Part shown: positions 1 to 12,779 of the stretch, in pieces
Numbering within the stretch: the first letter of the stretch is position 1
Layout: the number at the start of each line of letters is the position of its first letter
NCBI GenBank assembly: GCA_002269645.1
Contig: NIVC01000912.1
Location: 73,538-137,537 of the forward strand
From: Macrostomum lignano
Taxonomy: Eukaryota
DNA: 64,000 nt
Reading direction: 5' to 3'
Position numbers and translations under genes: made by a program
Notes under the pieces: generated by a model
Told to the model about the DNA's origin: nothing
The model's input: the letters and a program-made list of their open reading frames with translations, nothing else
The model's database searches: none

Positions 1-3000
1 GCTTTGACTCGACACGCTTTCCAACCTCGTCCGTGGTAACCTGTGGCTTCTCGACCTCAGCTGCAGGAGCTTCTGACTTTGGAGTCTCGTCCGGTTGTAC
101 GCCATCTTCCTTGTCAACGACAGCCGCGGCCAGAAGAGCGTCTCTATCTGACGCTTGCTTCTTGTAAGAATCCAACGCACCGTCGAGGCGTTCCATCGAT
201 CCGGGTGTTGCACCACTCGACAGCAGAGCCCGTGCCATTCCGACAGATGTCAGCACCGACTCGTCATACAGTCCAGACGCCTTCCTTGTTCAGCCTCGGA
301 GATCATCAGCTCCGTCACAGCCGCGCTGGGTCGGTGCTGCTTTCCTCTGGCGGCTTGCTTTGACTCGACAACGTTTCCAACCTCGTCCGTGGTAACCTGT
401 GGCTTCTCGACCTCAGCTGCAGGAGCTTCTGACTTTGGAGTCTCGTCCGGTTGTACTCCATCTTCCTTGTCAACGACAGCCGCGGCCAGAAGAGCGTCTC
501 TATCTGACGCTTGCTTCTTGTAAGAATCCAACGCACCGTCGAGGCGTTCCATCGATCCGGGTGTTGCACCACTCGACAGCAGAGCCCGTGCCATTCCGAC
601 AGATGTCAGCACCGACTCGTCATACAGTCCAGACGCCTTCAACTTGTTCAGCCTCGAGATCATCAGCTCCGTCACAGCCGCGCTGGTCGGTGCTGCTTCC
701 TCTGGCGGCTGCTTTGACTCGACACGCTTTCCAACCTCGTCCGTGGAAACCTGTGGCTTCTCGACCTCAGCTGCAGGAGCTTCTGACTTTGGAGTCTCGT
801 CCGGTTGTACGCCATCTTCCTTGTCAACGACAGCCGCGGCCAGAAGAGCGTCTCTATCTGACGCTTGCTTCTTGTAAGAATCCAACGCACCGTCGAGGCG
901 TTCCATCGATCCGGGTGTTGCACCACTCGACAGCAGAGCCCGTGCCATTCCGACAGATGTCAGCACCGACTCGTCATACAGTCCAGACGCCTTCAACTTG
1001 TTCAGCCTCGAGATCATCAGCTCCGTCACAGCCGCGCTGGTCGGTGCTGCTTCCTCTGGCGGCTGCTTTGACTCGACACGCTTTCCAACCTCGTCCGTGG
1101 AAACCTGTGGCTTCTCGACCTCAGCTGCAGGAGCTTCTGACTTTGGAGTCTCGTCCGGTTGTACGCCATCTTCCTTGTCAACGACAGCCGCGGCCAGAAG
1201 AGCGTCTCTATCTGACGCTTGCTTCTTGTAAGAATCCAACGCACCGTCGAGGCGTTCCATCGATCCGGGTGTTGCACCACTCGACAGCAGAGCCCGTGCC
1301 ATTCCGACAGATGTCAGCACCGACTCGTCATACAGTCCAGACGCCTTCAACTTGTTCAGCCTCGAGATCATCAGCTCCGTCACAGCCGCGCTGGTCGGTG
1401 CTGCATCCTCTGGCGGCTGCTTTGACTCGACACGCTTTCCAACCTCGTCCGTGGTAACCTGTGGCTTCTCGACCTCAGCTGCAGGAGCTTCTGACTTTGG
1501 AGTCTCGTCCGGTTGTACTCCATCTTCCTTGTCAACGACAGCCGCGGCCAGAAGAGCGTCTCTATCTGACGCTTGCTTCTTGTAAGAATCCAACGCACCG
1601 TCGAGGCGTTCCATCGATCCGGGTGTTGCACCACTCGACAGCAGAGCCCGTGCCATTCCGACAGATGTCAGCACCGACTCGTCATACAGTCCAGACGCCT
1701 TCAACTTGTTCAGCCTCGAGATCATCAGCTCCGTCACAGCCGCGCTGGTCGGTGCTGCTTCCTCTGGCGGCTGCTTTGACTCGACACGCTTTCCAACCTC
1801 GTCCGTGGTAACCTGTGGCTTCTCGACCTCAGCTGCAGGAGCTTCTGACTTTGGAGTCTCGTCCGGTTGTACTCCATCTTCCTTGTCAACGACAGCCGCG
1901 GCCAGAAGAGCGTCTCTATCTGACGCTTGCTTCTTGTAAGAATCCAACGCACCGTCGAGGCGTTCCATCGATCCGGGTGTTGCACCACTCGACAGCAGAG
2001 CCCGTGCCATTCCGACAGATGTCAGCACCGACTCGTCATACAGTCCAGACGCCTTCAACTTGTTCAGCCTCGAGATCATCAGCTCCGTCACAGCCGCGCT
2101 GGTCGGTGCTGCTTCCTCTGGCGGCTGCTTTGACTCGACACGCTTTCCAACCTCGTCCGTGGTAACCTGTGGCTTCTCGACCTCAGCTGCAGGAGCTTCT
2201 GACTTTGGAGTCTCGTCCGGTTGTACGCCATCTTCCTTGTCAACGACAGCCGCGGCCAGAAGAGCGTCTCTATCTGACGCTTGCTTCTTGTAAGAATCCA
2301 ACGCACCGTCGAGGCGTTCCATCGATCCGGGTGTTGCACCACTCGACAGCAGAGCCCGTGCCATTCCGACAGATGTCAGCACCGACTCGTCATACAGTCC
2401 AGACGCCTTCAACTTGTTCAGCCTCGAGATCATCAGCTCCGTCACAGCCGCGCTGGTCGGTGCTGCTTCCTCTGGCGGCTGCTTTGACTCGACACGCTTT
2501 CCAACCTCGTCCGTGGTAACCTGTGGCTTCTCGACCTCAGCTGCAGGAGCTTCTGACTTTGGAGTCTCGTCCGGTTGTACGCCATCTTCCTTGTCAACGA
2601 CAGCCGCGGCCAGAAGAGCGTCTCTATCTGACGCTTGCTTCTTGTAAGAATCCAACGCACCGTCGAGGCGTTCCATCGATCCGGGTGTTGCACCACTCGA
2701 CAGCAGAGCCCGTGCCATTCCGACAGATGTCAGCACCGACTCGTCATACAGTCCAGACGCCTTCAACTTGTTCAGCCTCGAGATCATCAGCTCCGTCACA
2801 GCCGCGCTGGTCGGTGCTGCTTCCTCTGGCGGCTGCTTTGACTCGACACGCTTTCCAACCTCGTCCGTGGTAACCTGTGGCTTCTCGACCTCAGCTGCAG
2901 GAGCTTCTGACTTTGGAGTCTCGTCCGGTTGTACGCCATCTTCCTTGTCAACGACAGCCGCGGCCAGAAGAGCGTCTCTATCTGACGCTTGCTTCTTGTA

Positions 3001-3545
3001 AGAATCCAACGCACCGTCGAGGCGTTCCATCGATCCGGGTGTTGCACCACTCGACAGCAGAGCCCGTGCCATTCCGACAGATGTCAGCACCGACTCGTCA
3101 TACAGTCCAGACGCCTTCAACTTGTTCAGCCTCGAGATCATCAGCTCCGTCACAGCCGCGCTGGTCGGTGCTGCTTCCTCTGGCGGCTGCTTTGACTCGA
3201 CACGCTTTCCAACCTCGTCCGTGGTAACCTGTGGCTTCTCGACCTCAGCTGCAGGAGCTTCTGACTTTGGAGTCTCGTCCGGTTGTACGCCATCTTCCTT
3301 GTCAACGACAGCCGCGGCCAGAAGAGCGTCTCTATCTGACGCTTGCTTCTTGTAAGAATCCAACGCACCGTCGAGGCGTTCCATCGATCCGGGTGTTGCA
3401 CCACTCGACAGCAGAGCCCGTGCCATTCCGACAGATGTCAGCACCGACTCGTCATACAGTCCAGACGCCTTCAACTTGTTCAGCCTCGAGATCATCAGCT
3501 CCGTCACAGCCGCGCTGGTCGGTGCTGCTTTCTCTGGCGGCTGCT
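1..3545. repeat. 354-bp tandem repeat, about 10 copies, about 99% identical
   Basis: Unit start gctgctttgactcgacacgc recurs near 1, 357, 711, 1065, 1419, 1773, 2127, 2481, 2835 and 3189. Only about 3 variable sites in the internal copies. Confidence 0.98.
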
Positions 3546-3576
3546 TTAAAGCTTTTTCGGAAGATTTTCTTTCCAT
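1..3576 (-). CDS. Large tandem-repeat protein (118-aa unit, at least 10 copies), 3' end outside window
   Basis: ATG at 3576 (MERKSSEK), 1108-aa ORF to 250 built of a 118-aa unit (AAPTSAAVTELMISRLNKLKASGLYDES...ESKQPPEE). The unit is a multiple of 3 and stop-free. Indels in the two leftmost units break the frame. No family recognised. Confidence 0.75.
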
Positions 3577-4956
3577 TGCTTTTTAGCTTTTTAATGCAAA
3601 GCAACGGTATTATAAAATCCGTATAGTTTGGTTACTTCAAGGAACATGTTTTAGACTTGTTATTTTGTGGCGTTGAAGTTAAATAACGTAATTTTTGGCC
3701 ATAAAAATTAACGATGAATGTTGATTAGGAAAGGCTTTTATAAATTATGGCTCAGAGATCAAGCGCGACTTTTAGCGGTTGCGGCCTACATGTAACCATA
3801 GACACTACTATATATGTAGGAGATTGCGTGTTTTTCAAACATTTCTATGCCTTGAGTCTTAGGAAGTGTTGTGTAGGGACCACACAGCATGACGTGGTTG
3901 ACTACAGAGAATTGAGCTAACACAGAGCGCCATATTTGTATTTTAAGCCGAAGCCAAAATCCCAATTCCTCAGTCTCCTACTTTTCGACCATCGGCAAGA
4001 AGTCAAAAAGATAGGAGTATATAGGGTATACAAAGCATTCATGCAATCTATTTCTTAATATGGAAGTATCAAAAAATTTAATGGGCTGAAGAAACTGCAG
4101 ATGTCCGTTCATTTATTCAATGTGTAGTGAGGCGTCTGTCGTATTTGAAAATATCGTAAAAAGAACCGACTCGACATCTAACAATCGGCTTTAAAGTTTG
4201 GGAAATTATGCTACAAATACTCGCAGACACAGGTAATAAATTAGTAAGTCGTTGAATTGCAAATATTTGTTTCTAGCCAGACCGACGGAGGAACTCTTCG
4301 ACTGCGACTGGCTGTGTGTTGAGACCGTCTCATTGAACAAATTCAGCCGCTGAAAGCTATGCTGGAGCATTGGAAACCAGGCACTGAGCTGTATATAATG
4401 GAGAGGGCAAAGCCACAACGTACGCCTGTCAATTATTCAATATGTCAGGCTGTGTGACTTTATAAACGCATCTTTTCGTCATTCAAGACCCATTCTTTAG
4501 CCGCAGAATGCCGAATTGTCCTATGCTGCCAGCTACGAGTATTCGCTCGATATGCGCAAATAGACTACTAACGATGAGAAGCCTGTAAGTAGTTATACTA
4601 AATAAATAAACGCTAGAAAAGTACAAGAAAGTGTTTCGAAAGTTTAGACACATGCTAAACGTTTGTTCTCTTAATTGGTTCGCACTAAATGAACAGGAAA
4701 AAAACTAGAGATAAGTATGTAAAATAGGAATAATAATTATTAGTTGGCCGAGAACAAGCATCTTTGAGGGCGGAGATAACGGTTTCGCTAAAACATAGTC
4801 AAATTTTGAAATTAATTGTGACGTTCGACACAAAGAAGCTTTTATATAAATGCGAGGCATTTAAAACATTTTTCGTTCAACAAAAAACAGAGTTCAAGAT
4901 TTTTAGGTAGATGGATTTAGCAGGTTTAGGCTCTGTTTAGGAGGCTCAAGATTGAG

Positions 4957-5910
4957 GTGGTTCATGGGTCAGTGGGTTCAGGGTTCAGCGGGTTCAGGGA
5001 TCAGTGGGCTCAGGGATCAGTGGGTTCAGGGATCAGTGAGTTCAGGGATCAGTGGGTTCATGGGTCCAGTGGGTTCAGGGATCAGTGGGTTAAGAGATCA
5101 GTGAGTTCAGGGATCAGTGGGTTCAGGGATCAGTGGGCTCAGGGATCAGTGGGTTAAGAGATCAGTGAGTTCAGGGATCAGTGAGTTCATGGGTTCAGTG
5201 GGTTCAGGGTTCAGCGGGTTAAGGGATCAGTAGGTTCAGGGATCAGTGGGTTAAGAGATCAGTGAGTTCAGGGATCAGTGTGTTAAGGGATCAGTGGGTT
5301 AAGGGATCAGTGGGTTAAGAGATCAGTGAGTTCAGGGATCAGTGAGTTCAGGGATCAGTGGGTTCATGGGTTCAGTGGGTTCAGGGTTCAGCGGGTTAAG
5401 GGATCAGTAGGTTCAGGGATCAGTGAGTTCAGGGATCAGTGAGTTCAGGGATCAGTGAGTTCAGGGATCAGTGGGTTAAGGGATCAGTGGGTTCAGGGTT
5501 CAGCGGGTTCAGGGATCAGTGGGCTCAGGGATCAGTGAGTTCAGGGATCAGTGGGTTAAGGGATCAGTGGGTTCAGGGTTCAGCGGGTTCAGGGATCAGT
5601 GGGCTCAGGGATCAGTGAGTTCAGGGATCAGTGGGTTAAGGGATCAGTGGGCTCAGGGATCAGTGGGCTCAGGGATCAGTGGGCTCAAGGATCAGTGGGC
5701 TCAGGGATCAGTGGGCTCAGGGATCAGTGGGCTCAGGGATCAGTGGGTTCAGGGATCAGTGGGTTCAGGGATCAGTGGGCTCAGGAATCAGTGGGCTCAG
5801 GAATCAGTGGGTTCAAGGATCAGTGGGCTCAGGGATCAGTGGGCTCAGGGATCAGTGGGTTCAGGGATCAGTGGGTTCAGGGATCAGTGGGCTCAGGAAT
5901 CAGTGGGTTC
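4957..5910. repeat. 16-bp minisatellite (tcagggatcagtgggc/ttc) downstream of the TUBE1 stop
   Basis: Direct inspection of periodicity. Confidence 0.95.
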
Positions 5911-6028
5911 ATATGGTTCAAATTCAAGCGTGTTCATATTTCAGAAAGCTAGATTTTTCAAAGTTTAGAAGGCTCAATAGGTTCAGGTGACTCCTCGAGT
6001 CTCGGGTGACTCAGGCGACTCCTGTGAC

Positions 6029-9000
6029 TCAGGAGGCGATCTTCAGCCGAGGCAAAGGCGGCTCAGCCGAGGCCCCGGCCGCGTGGCGCCTCTCTAGAGC
6101 TGCGTAGTCCTCGCGCAGATCGTTGAGCGAAGCGAATGCGGAATCGAAGGTGGCGGCCTCAAAGCCGTCAACCTGCGCGGGCGAGGAAGCGAATAACGGA
6201 GAAAAGATATATTTTAGAATTATGTAAGGCCGAAATTGTTACCAATATTTCCGATTGACTACTCATGACTCAATAATTATTTCACATGACCCAGTTCTGT
6301 ATGATCCTCAATTACTGAAATACTCGTAACCCGGAACGATCCCAGACTACTGAAATGACTCAGAATCGTCTCAGGTGGCTAAGAAGGATCCATAAAGCTC
6401 AAATGATGCAGAACCAAACTGGCTGGCTCAAGCAGATTCCCAGCGGACTCAAGCAGATTCCCAGCTGACTCAAGCAGATTCCCAGCTGACTCAAGCAGAT
6501 TCCCAGCTGACTCAAACAGATTACCAGCTGACTCAAACAGATTCCCAACTAACTCAAGCAGATTCCCAGCTGACTCAAACAGATTCCCAGCTGACTCAAG
6601 CAGATTCCCAGCTGACTCAAGCAGATTCCCAGCTGACTCAAGCAGATTCCCAGCTGACTCAAACAGATTCCCAGCTGACTCAAACAGATTCCTAGCGGAC
6701 TCAAACAGATTCCCAGCTGACTCAAACAGATTCCCAGCTGACTCAAACAGATTCCCAGCTGACTCAAACAGATTCCCAACTGACTCAAACAGATTCCCAG
6801 CTGACTCAAACAGATTCCCAGCTGACTCAAACAGATTCCCAGCTGACTCAAACAGATTCCCAACTGACTCAAGCAGATTCCTAGCTGACTCAAGCAGATT
6901 CCCAGCTGACTCAAACAGATTCCCAGCTGACTCAAACAGATTCCCAGCTGACTCAAACAGATTCCCAACTAACTCAAGCAGATCCCCAGCTGACTCAAAC
7001 AGATTCCCAGCTGACTCAAACAGATTCCCAGCTGACTCAAACAGATTCCCAACTAACTCAAGCAGATCCCCAGCTGACTCAAACAGATTCCTAGCGGACT
7101 CAAACAGATTAATAGCGGACTCAAACAGATTCCTAGCGGACTCAAACAGATTCCTAGCGGACTCAAACAGATTCCTAGCTGACTCAAGCAGATTCCCAGC
7201 TGACTCAAACAGATTCCCAGCTGACTCAAACAGATTCCCAGCTGACTCAAACAGATTCCCAGCTGACTCAAACAGATTCCCAGCTGACTCAAACAGATTC
7301 CCAGCTGACTCAAACAGATTCCCAGCTGACTCAAACAGATTCCCAGCTGACTCAAACAGATTCCCAACTAACTCAAGCAGATCCCCAGCTGACTCAAACA
7401 GATTCCTAGCGGACTCAAACAGATTAATAGCGGACTCAAACAGATTCCTAGCGGACTCAAACAGATTCCTAGCGGACTCAAACAGATTCCTAGCTGACTC
7501 AAGCAGATTCCCAGCTGACTCAAACAGATTCCCAGCTGACTCAAACAGATTCCCAGCTGACTCAAACAGATTCCTAGCGGACTCAAACAGATTAGCTGCA
7601 AACCTGCCTGGGTATAGTGATGCAGATGCGCCCTCCGCTTATAGAGCCGGCTGAACCTGTCCCCGAGCAGGTGCAGGCTGGCCCCAATGGCAGTGTTGTT
7701 GGCCAGACTGAGCAGCGCGAACTGCTGCCCAGCCGGGGGCACGGCGCAGTGCCCGATCTTCCAGCAGTCCGGATTCCAGTCCGCGAATGCCAGCCGATTT
7801 CCCAGCCGATCGACGCAGCGCCGGACGTCGCTTAGATCGATTCGACCCCGCAGCAGGAGGGCGCAGGCCAGGTAGAGATGCGATCGCGGCTCGGCCGAGA
7901 ACAACTGAGCCTCCTTGCCGAACGACTCGTTGAATGCCTGATCCGGCCGCCTGGGCGGCAGGGCCGGGGACAGCGGACTCTGCGCGGCCAGCAGGTAGTG
8001 CAGGCGGGGGAACGGCACCAGGTTCATGCTGATCTCGTTCAGATCCACGTTCAGCGTGCCGGAGAAGCGGGCGGAAGCCGTGAGGTTCAGCAGCAGGTTG
8101 GCCACTATGCTGTTCATCGCGTCGAATGGCTTGGCGTCCTTCTGCTTAGGGTTGGAGTTGGGGTTGAAGTGAGCGCTTTCTAGTGTGCTTCTTGACGCAT
8201 CCTTCCGCTCTCTCCCAGCTCCCAATCCTCAGTTATCCGCTCTCTCCCAGCTCCCAATCCTCAGTTATCCGCTCTCTCCCAGCTCCCAATCCTCAGTTAT
8301 CCGCTCTCTCCCAGCTCCCAATCCTCAGTTATCCGCTCTCTCCCAGCTCCCAATCCTCAGTTATCCGCTCTCTCCCAGCTCCCAATCCTCAGTTATCCGC
8401 TCTCTCCCAGCTCCCAATCCTCAGTTATCCGCTCTCTCCCAGCTCCCAATCCTCAGTTATCCGCTCTCTCCCAGCTCCCAATCCTCAGTTATCCGCTCTC
8501 TCCCAGCTCCCAATCCTCAGTTATCCGCTCTCTCCCAGCTCCCAATCCTCAGTTATCCGCTCTCTCCCAGCTCCCAATCCTCAGTTATCCGCTCTCTCCC
8601 AGCTCCCAATCCTCAGTTATCCGCTCTCTCCCAGCTCCCAATCCTCAGTTATCCGCTCTCTCCCAGCTCCCAATCCTCAGTTATCCGCTCTCTCCCAGCT
8701 CCCAATCCTCAGTTATCCGCTCTCTCCCAGCTCCCAATCCTCAGTTATCCGCTCTCTCCCAGCTCCCAATCCTCAGTTATCCGCTCTCTCCCAGCTCCCA
8801 ATCCTCAGTTATCCGCTCTCTCTCAGCTCCCAATCCTCAGTTATCCGCTCTCCCTCAGCTCCCAATCCTCAGTTATCCGCTCTCTCTCAGCTCCCAATCC
8901 TCAGTTATCCGCTCTCCCTCAGCTCCCAATCCTCAGTTATCCGCTCTCTCCCAGCTCCCAATCCTCAGTTATCCGCTCTCTCCCAGCTCCCAATCCTCAG

Positions 9001-11475
9001 TTATCCACTCTCTCCCAATACAATCTCAGTTATCCGCTCTCTCCCAATACAATCTCAGTTATCCGCTCTCTCCCATACCATCTCAGTTATCCGCTCTCTC
9101 CCATACCATCTCAGTTATCCGCTCTCTCCCATACCAACTCAGTTATCCGCTGCCTCCCAATACAATCTCAGTTATCCGCTCTCTCTCAGCTCCCAATCCT
9201 CAGTTATCCGCTCTCTCCCATACCAACTCAGTTATCCGCTCTCTCCCAATACAATCTCAGTTATCCGCTCTCTCCCAATACCATCTCAGTTATCCGCTCC
9301 CTCCCGATACCATCTCAGTTATCCGCTCCCTCCGAATACCATCTCAGTTATCCGCTCTCTCCCAGCTCCCAATCCTCAGTTATCCGCTCTCTCCCGATAC
9401 CATCTCAGTTATCTTCATGGCTCCTCCCAGTCCTTAGCCATGAAGATCAGCCTTCATTCTTCCCCATCCATCACTCAAATCAGCTCAAATGCCCCGATGC
9501 AGCACTGACCGCCGCAGCCCCGGCAGCAGCAGAAGACCCGGCAGCGGTGCGGCCCGAGTCCTGCACCCGCTGCGCGATGCCAGCCAGACAGGCATTGTCT
9601 ATGGGCATAACGCAATCGGCGTAGTCTGTCAGGCAGCGCATTGCCAGCACGCTGTTGTATGGACTAGTGATGACGTCATCATCTTCAGACGGGTAGACAG
9701 CGGTGACGAACCTGAGTTAGCGGAGAGGTTGTACAGGGGTTGCGTTTGAGGTGTTGTTTTTGTGCACCAGGCCCAGATCAATGCCTAGCTCACTGCACCC
9801 CCACCTGTACACTTCGGGATACTGGTCCCGCAGCAGCTGGAGGATGGCCGTGCCCAGGCCGGAGCCGGTGCCGCCGCCCATGGAGTGCAGCAGGAAGAAG
9901 CACTGCAGGCAGTCGCACTGCTCGGCGCATCTCCGAATGGACTCAGACAGGGCCTCCCGGTGCCTGAGGCCGTATTCGCAGTGCCCGACAGCCCAGTTGT
10001 TGCCGGACCCCGACACGTCCGTGATCAGCGCGGAATGATCGAACACACCGCGTAGTCGGCCTTTCAACAGTTCGCCGACCACGCCCTCCTCCATGTCCAC
10101 CAGCACTGCGCGAGCTTTCAGAGCCTGCGGACAAGGAATTGTGGCTCGGAATCCTCATCCTGATCGCAACTAACCATGATAATTCACTCGCACCTGCGAA
10201 ACTTCTCCCTGACCGTTCCTGACTCATGGCGATTCTCCCTGACTATTCCTGACTCATTGCGATTCTCCCTGACCATTCCTGATTCATGGCGATTCTCACT
10301 GACCATTCCTGACTCATTGCGATTCTCCCTGACCATTTCTGACTCATTGCGATTCTCACTGACCATTCCTGACTCATGGCGATTCTCCCTGACCATTCCT
10401 GACTCATGGCGATTCTCACTGACCATTCCTGACTCATTGCGATTCTCCCTGACCATTCCTGACTCATTGCGATTCTCACTGACCATTCCTGACTCATTGC
10501 GATTCTCCCTGACCATTCCTGACTCATTGCGATTCTCCCTAACCGTTCCTGACTCATGGCGATTCTCCCTGACCATTCCTGACTCATTGCGATTCTCCCT
10601 GACCATTCCTGACTCATTGCGATTCTCACTGACCATTCCTGACTCATTGCGATTCTCCCTGACCATTCCTGACTCATAGCGATTCTCACTGACCATTCCT
10701 GACTCATGGCGATTCTCCCTGACCATTCCTGACTCATTGCGATTCTCCCTGACCATTCCTGACTCATTGCGATTCTCCCTGACCATTCCTGACTCATTGC
10801 GATTCTCACTGACCATTCCTGACTCTGCGATTTTCCCTGACCATTCCTGACTCATTGCGATTCTCCCTGACCATTCCTGACTCATTGCGATTCTCCCAGA
10901 CCATTCCTGACTCATTGCGATTCTCCCTAACCGTTCCTGACTCATGGCGATTCTCCCTGACCATTCCTGACTCATGGCGATTCTCCCTGACTATTCCTGA
11001 CTCATTGCGATTCTCCCTGACCATTCCTGACTCATTGCGATTCTCCCTGACCATTCCTGACTCATTGCGATTCTCCCTGACCATTCCTGACTCATTGCGA
11101 TTCTCCCTGACCATTCCTGACTCATGGCGATTCTCCCTGACCATTCCTGACTCATGACAATCCCCTGACTATTTTTATCCCCTGTTTGAAAATTTTATTC
11201 TACCTGACGGTTGCTGGCCTGCTATCCTGACCGTTTCTTACCTAAATCCAGATAAGCTAAGCTTAAATTTCTCCCCAAAATCCCCCACAGCTTCCCTCCC
11301 TCACCTGACCCTCGCCGGGCTGCTGACGAAAAAACGTCCCCAGAGAATCGTCAAAGTCGCCCCGCCGGCTGACGGACGCGTGCTCCCGCAGTGCCAGATC
11401 CCAGAACCGGGACCCGATCTGGTTGCCGCACTGGCCAACCTGGACTACAATGCTCTGCGTCTGCGGGATTTGCAT
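6029..11475 (-). CDS. TUBE1: Epsilon-tubulin; exons about 11475-11305, 10124-9805, 9711-~9500, ~8180-7608, 6172-6029
   Basis: TQSIVVQVGQCGNQIG N-terminus, LKARAVLVDMEEGVV, DVSGSGNNWAVG, HSMGGGTGSGLG GTP motif, SPYNSVLAM, LNVDLNEISMNLVPFPRLHYL, RRAHLHHYTQ and C-terminal PRLKIAS match epsilon-tubulin. Splice phases are consistent except the exon 3/4 junction, which I could not fix exactly. Confidence 0.95.
6420..7595. repeat. 21-bp minisatellite (actcaaacagattcccagctg) filling TUBE1 intron 4
   Basis: Direct inspection; about 55 units. Confidence 0.97.
8203..9415. repeat. 32-bp minisatellite (cccaatcctcagttatccgctctctcccagct) filling TUBE1 intron 3, shorter and degenerate at the right end
   Basis: Direct inspection. 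Confidence 0.97.
10190..11160. repeat. 30-bp minisatellite (gactcattgcgattctccctgaccattcct) filling TUBE1 intron 1
   Basis: Direct inspection; about 32 units. Confidence 0.97.
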
Positions 11476-11559
11476 CCCCAATTCGCTTTAAGACAATGGC
11501 ACTTCGAAACGAACCTGGGACAGCTAGATTAAACAAGCAATATGATGGGATAAAATCCT

Positions 11560-12260
11560 AATCTAAAACTTGCACAAAGGATGGGGATAAAAATCCAAAT
11601 CTAGAACCCGTAAAAAAGGATTGGAATGAAATCTCAATCTAGAATCCAAATAATGGATGGGGATAAAATCACAATCTAGAATATGACTAAAAAATGGGGA
11701 TAAAAATCCAAATCTAGAACCCGTAAAAAAGGATGGGAATGAAATCTCAATCTAGAATCCAAATAATGGATGGGGATAAAATCACAATCTAGAATATGAC
11801 TAAAGAATGGGGATAAAAATCTTAATCTAGAATCTGCCAAAAGGATTGGGATAAATATTACAATCTAGAACCTGCATAAAGGATCGGGATAAAAATCCTA
11901 ATCTAGAATCCGCCTAAAAGATAGGGATGATAATCTTAATCTAGAATCTACATAAAGGATTGAGATAAAAATCCCAATCTAGAATCCACAAAAAGGATGG
12001 GGTTAACAATCCCAATCTAAAATCCAAATAAAGGATGGGGATAAAAATCCTAATCTAGAACCCGCATAAATGATCGGGATAACATCCCAATCTAGGATCT
12101 ACTTAAAGGAAGGGAATAAAAAACCTAAACTATAATCTGACTAAAAGATAGGGATAAAATCCCAATCCAGAACCCGCGTTAAGGATAGGGATAAAAATGC
12201 CAATCTAGAATTATCTGCATACCCGTAAATAATGGGGATAAAAATCCCAATCTAAAGACA
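11560..12260. repeat. Degenerate ~39-bp minisatellite (gggataaaaatcccaatctagaa...) upstream of TUBE1
   Basis: Recurring ggggataaaaatc...aatctagaa motif. Confidence 0.85.
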
Positions 12261-12779
12261 CACGAGATCGGTAAATAACAAAAAGGTGAATCATTGTCTT
12301 GAAAAGTACAAACATTCACCACCGTATGTGTAAAACAGTTTTACAAATCGTTTTCCGTGTATATTTTCAACGCCATGGAATGTACACGATAACAGTGGGA
12401 ATAAGACGCGCTGATTTTTTATGTTGCTAGCAAAGCAAAGAAAACAAGCAAAGCCAGTAAAGAAGATCATACCGGGACGTACAAGCGTGAAAATTATTTA
12501 GATTTATTGGAAATACACTTATTACTATAATCAAAGCTTGGGCAGCATCAAATTCAACAAAAGTCAGAACAAACAAAATCTATCAATATTGCTTGGCAGC
12601 AGGCATGATTTGAGTTGAAAGTGAATACTCAGCAGGAATGTCATGTTTCCATGCACTGCCCAGCTGAAGATTGCATGCCACACAGGCGGCGATAACTACA
12701 AGTATTAGTTAGAGTTAGAAATAAAATTAAATAATCGATCGAATAACCGTTTGATATTAAAGGGAGATAAGATGGAGTA

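Noticed and set aside
1-400. Frameshifts ending the repeat-protein ORF at 250
   Set aside because: Small indels are confined to the units at the window edge, consistent with low-coverage consensus error; not treated as the true C-terminus.
12643-12712. Possible extra 3' exon (YRRLCGMQSSAGQCMET*) after the polypurine tract
   Set aside because: CYB5D2 already ends at its conserved C-terminus with a stop, and there is no convincing donor.
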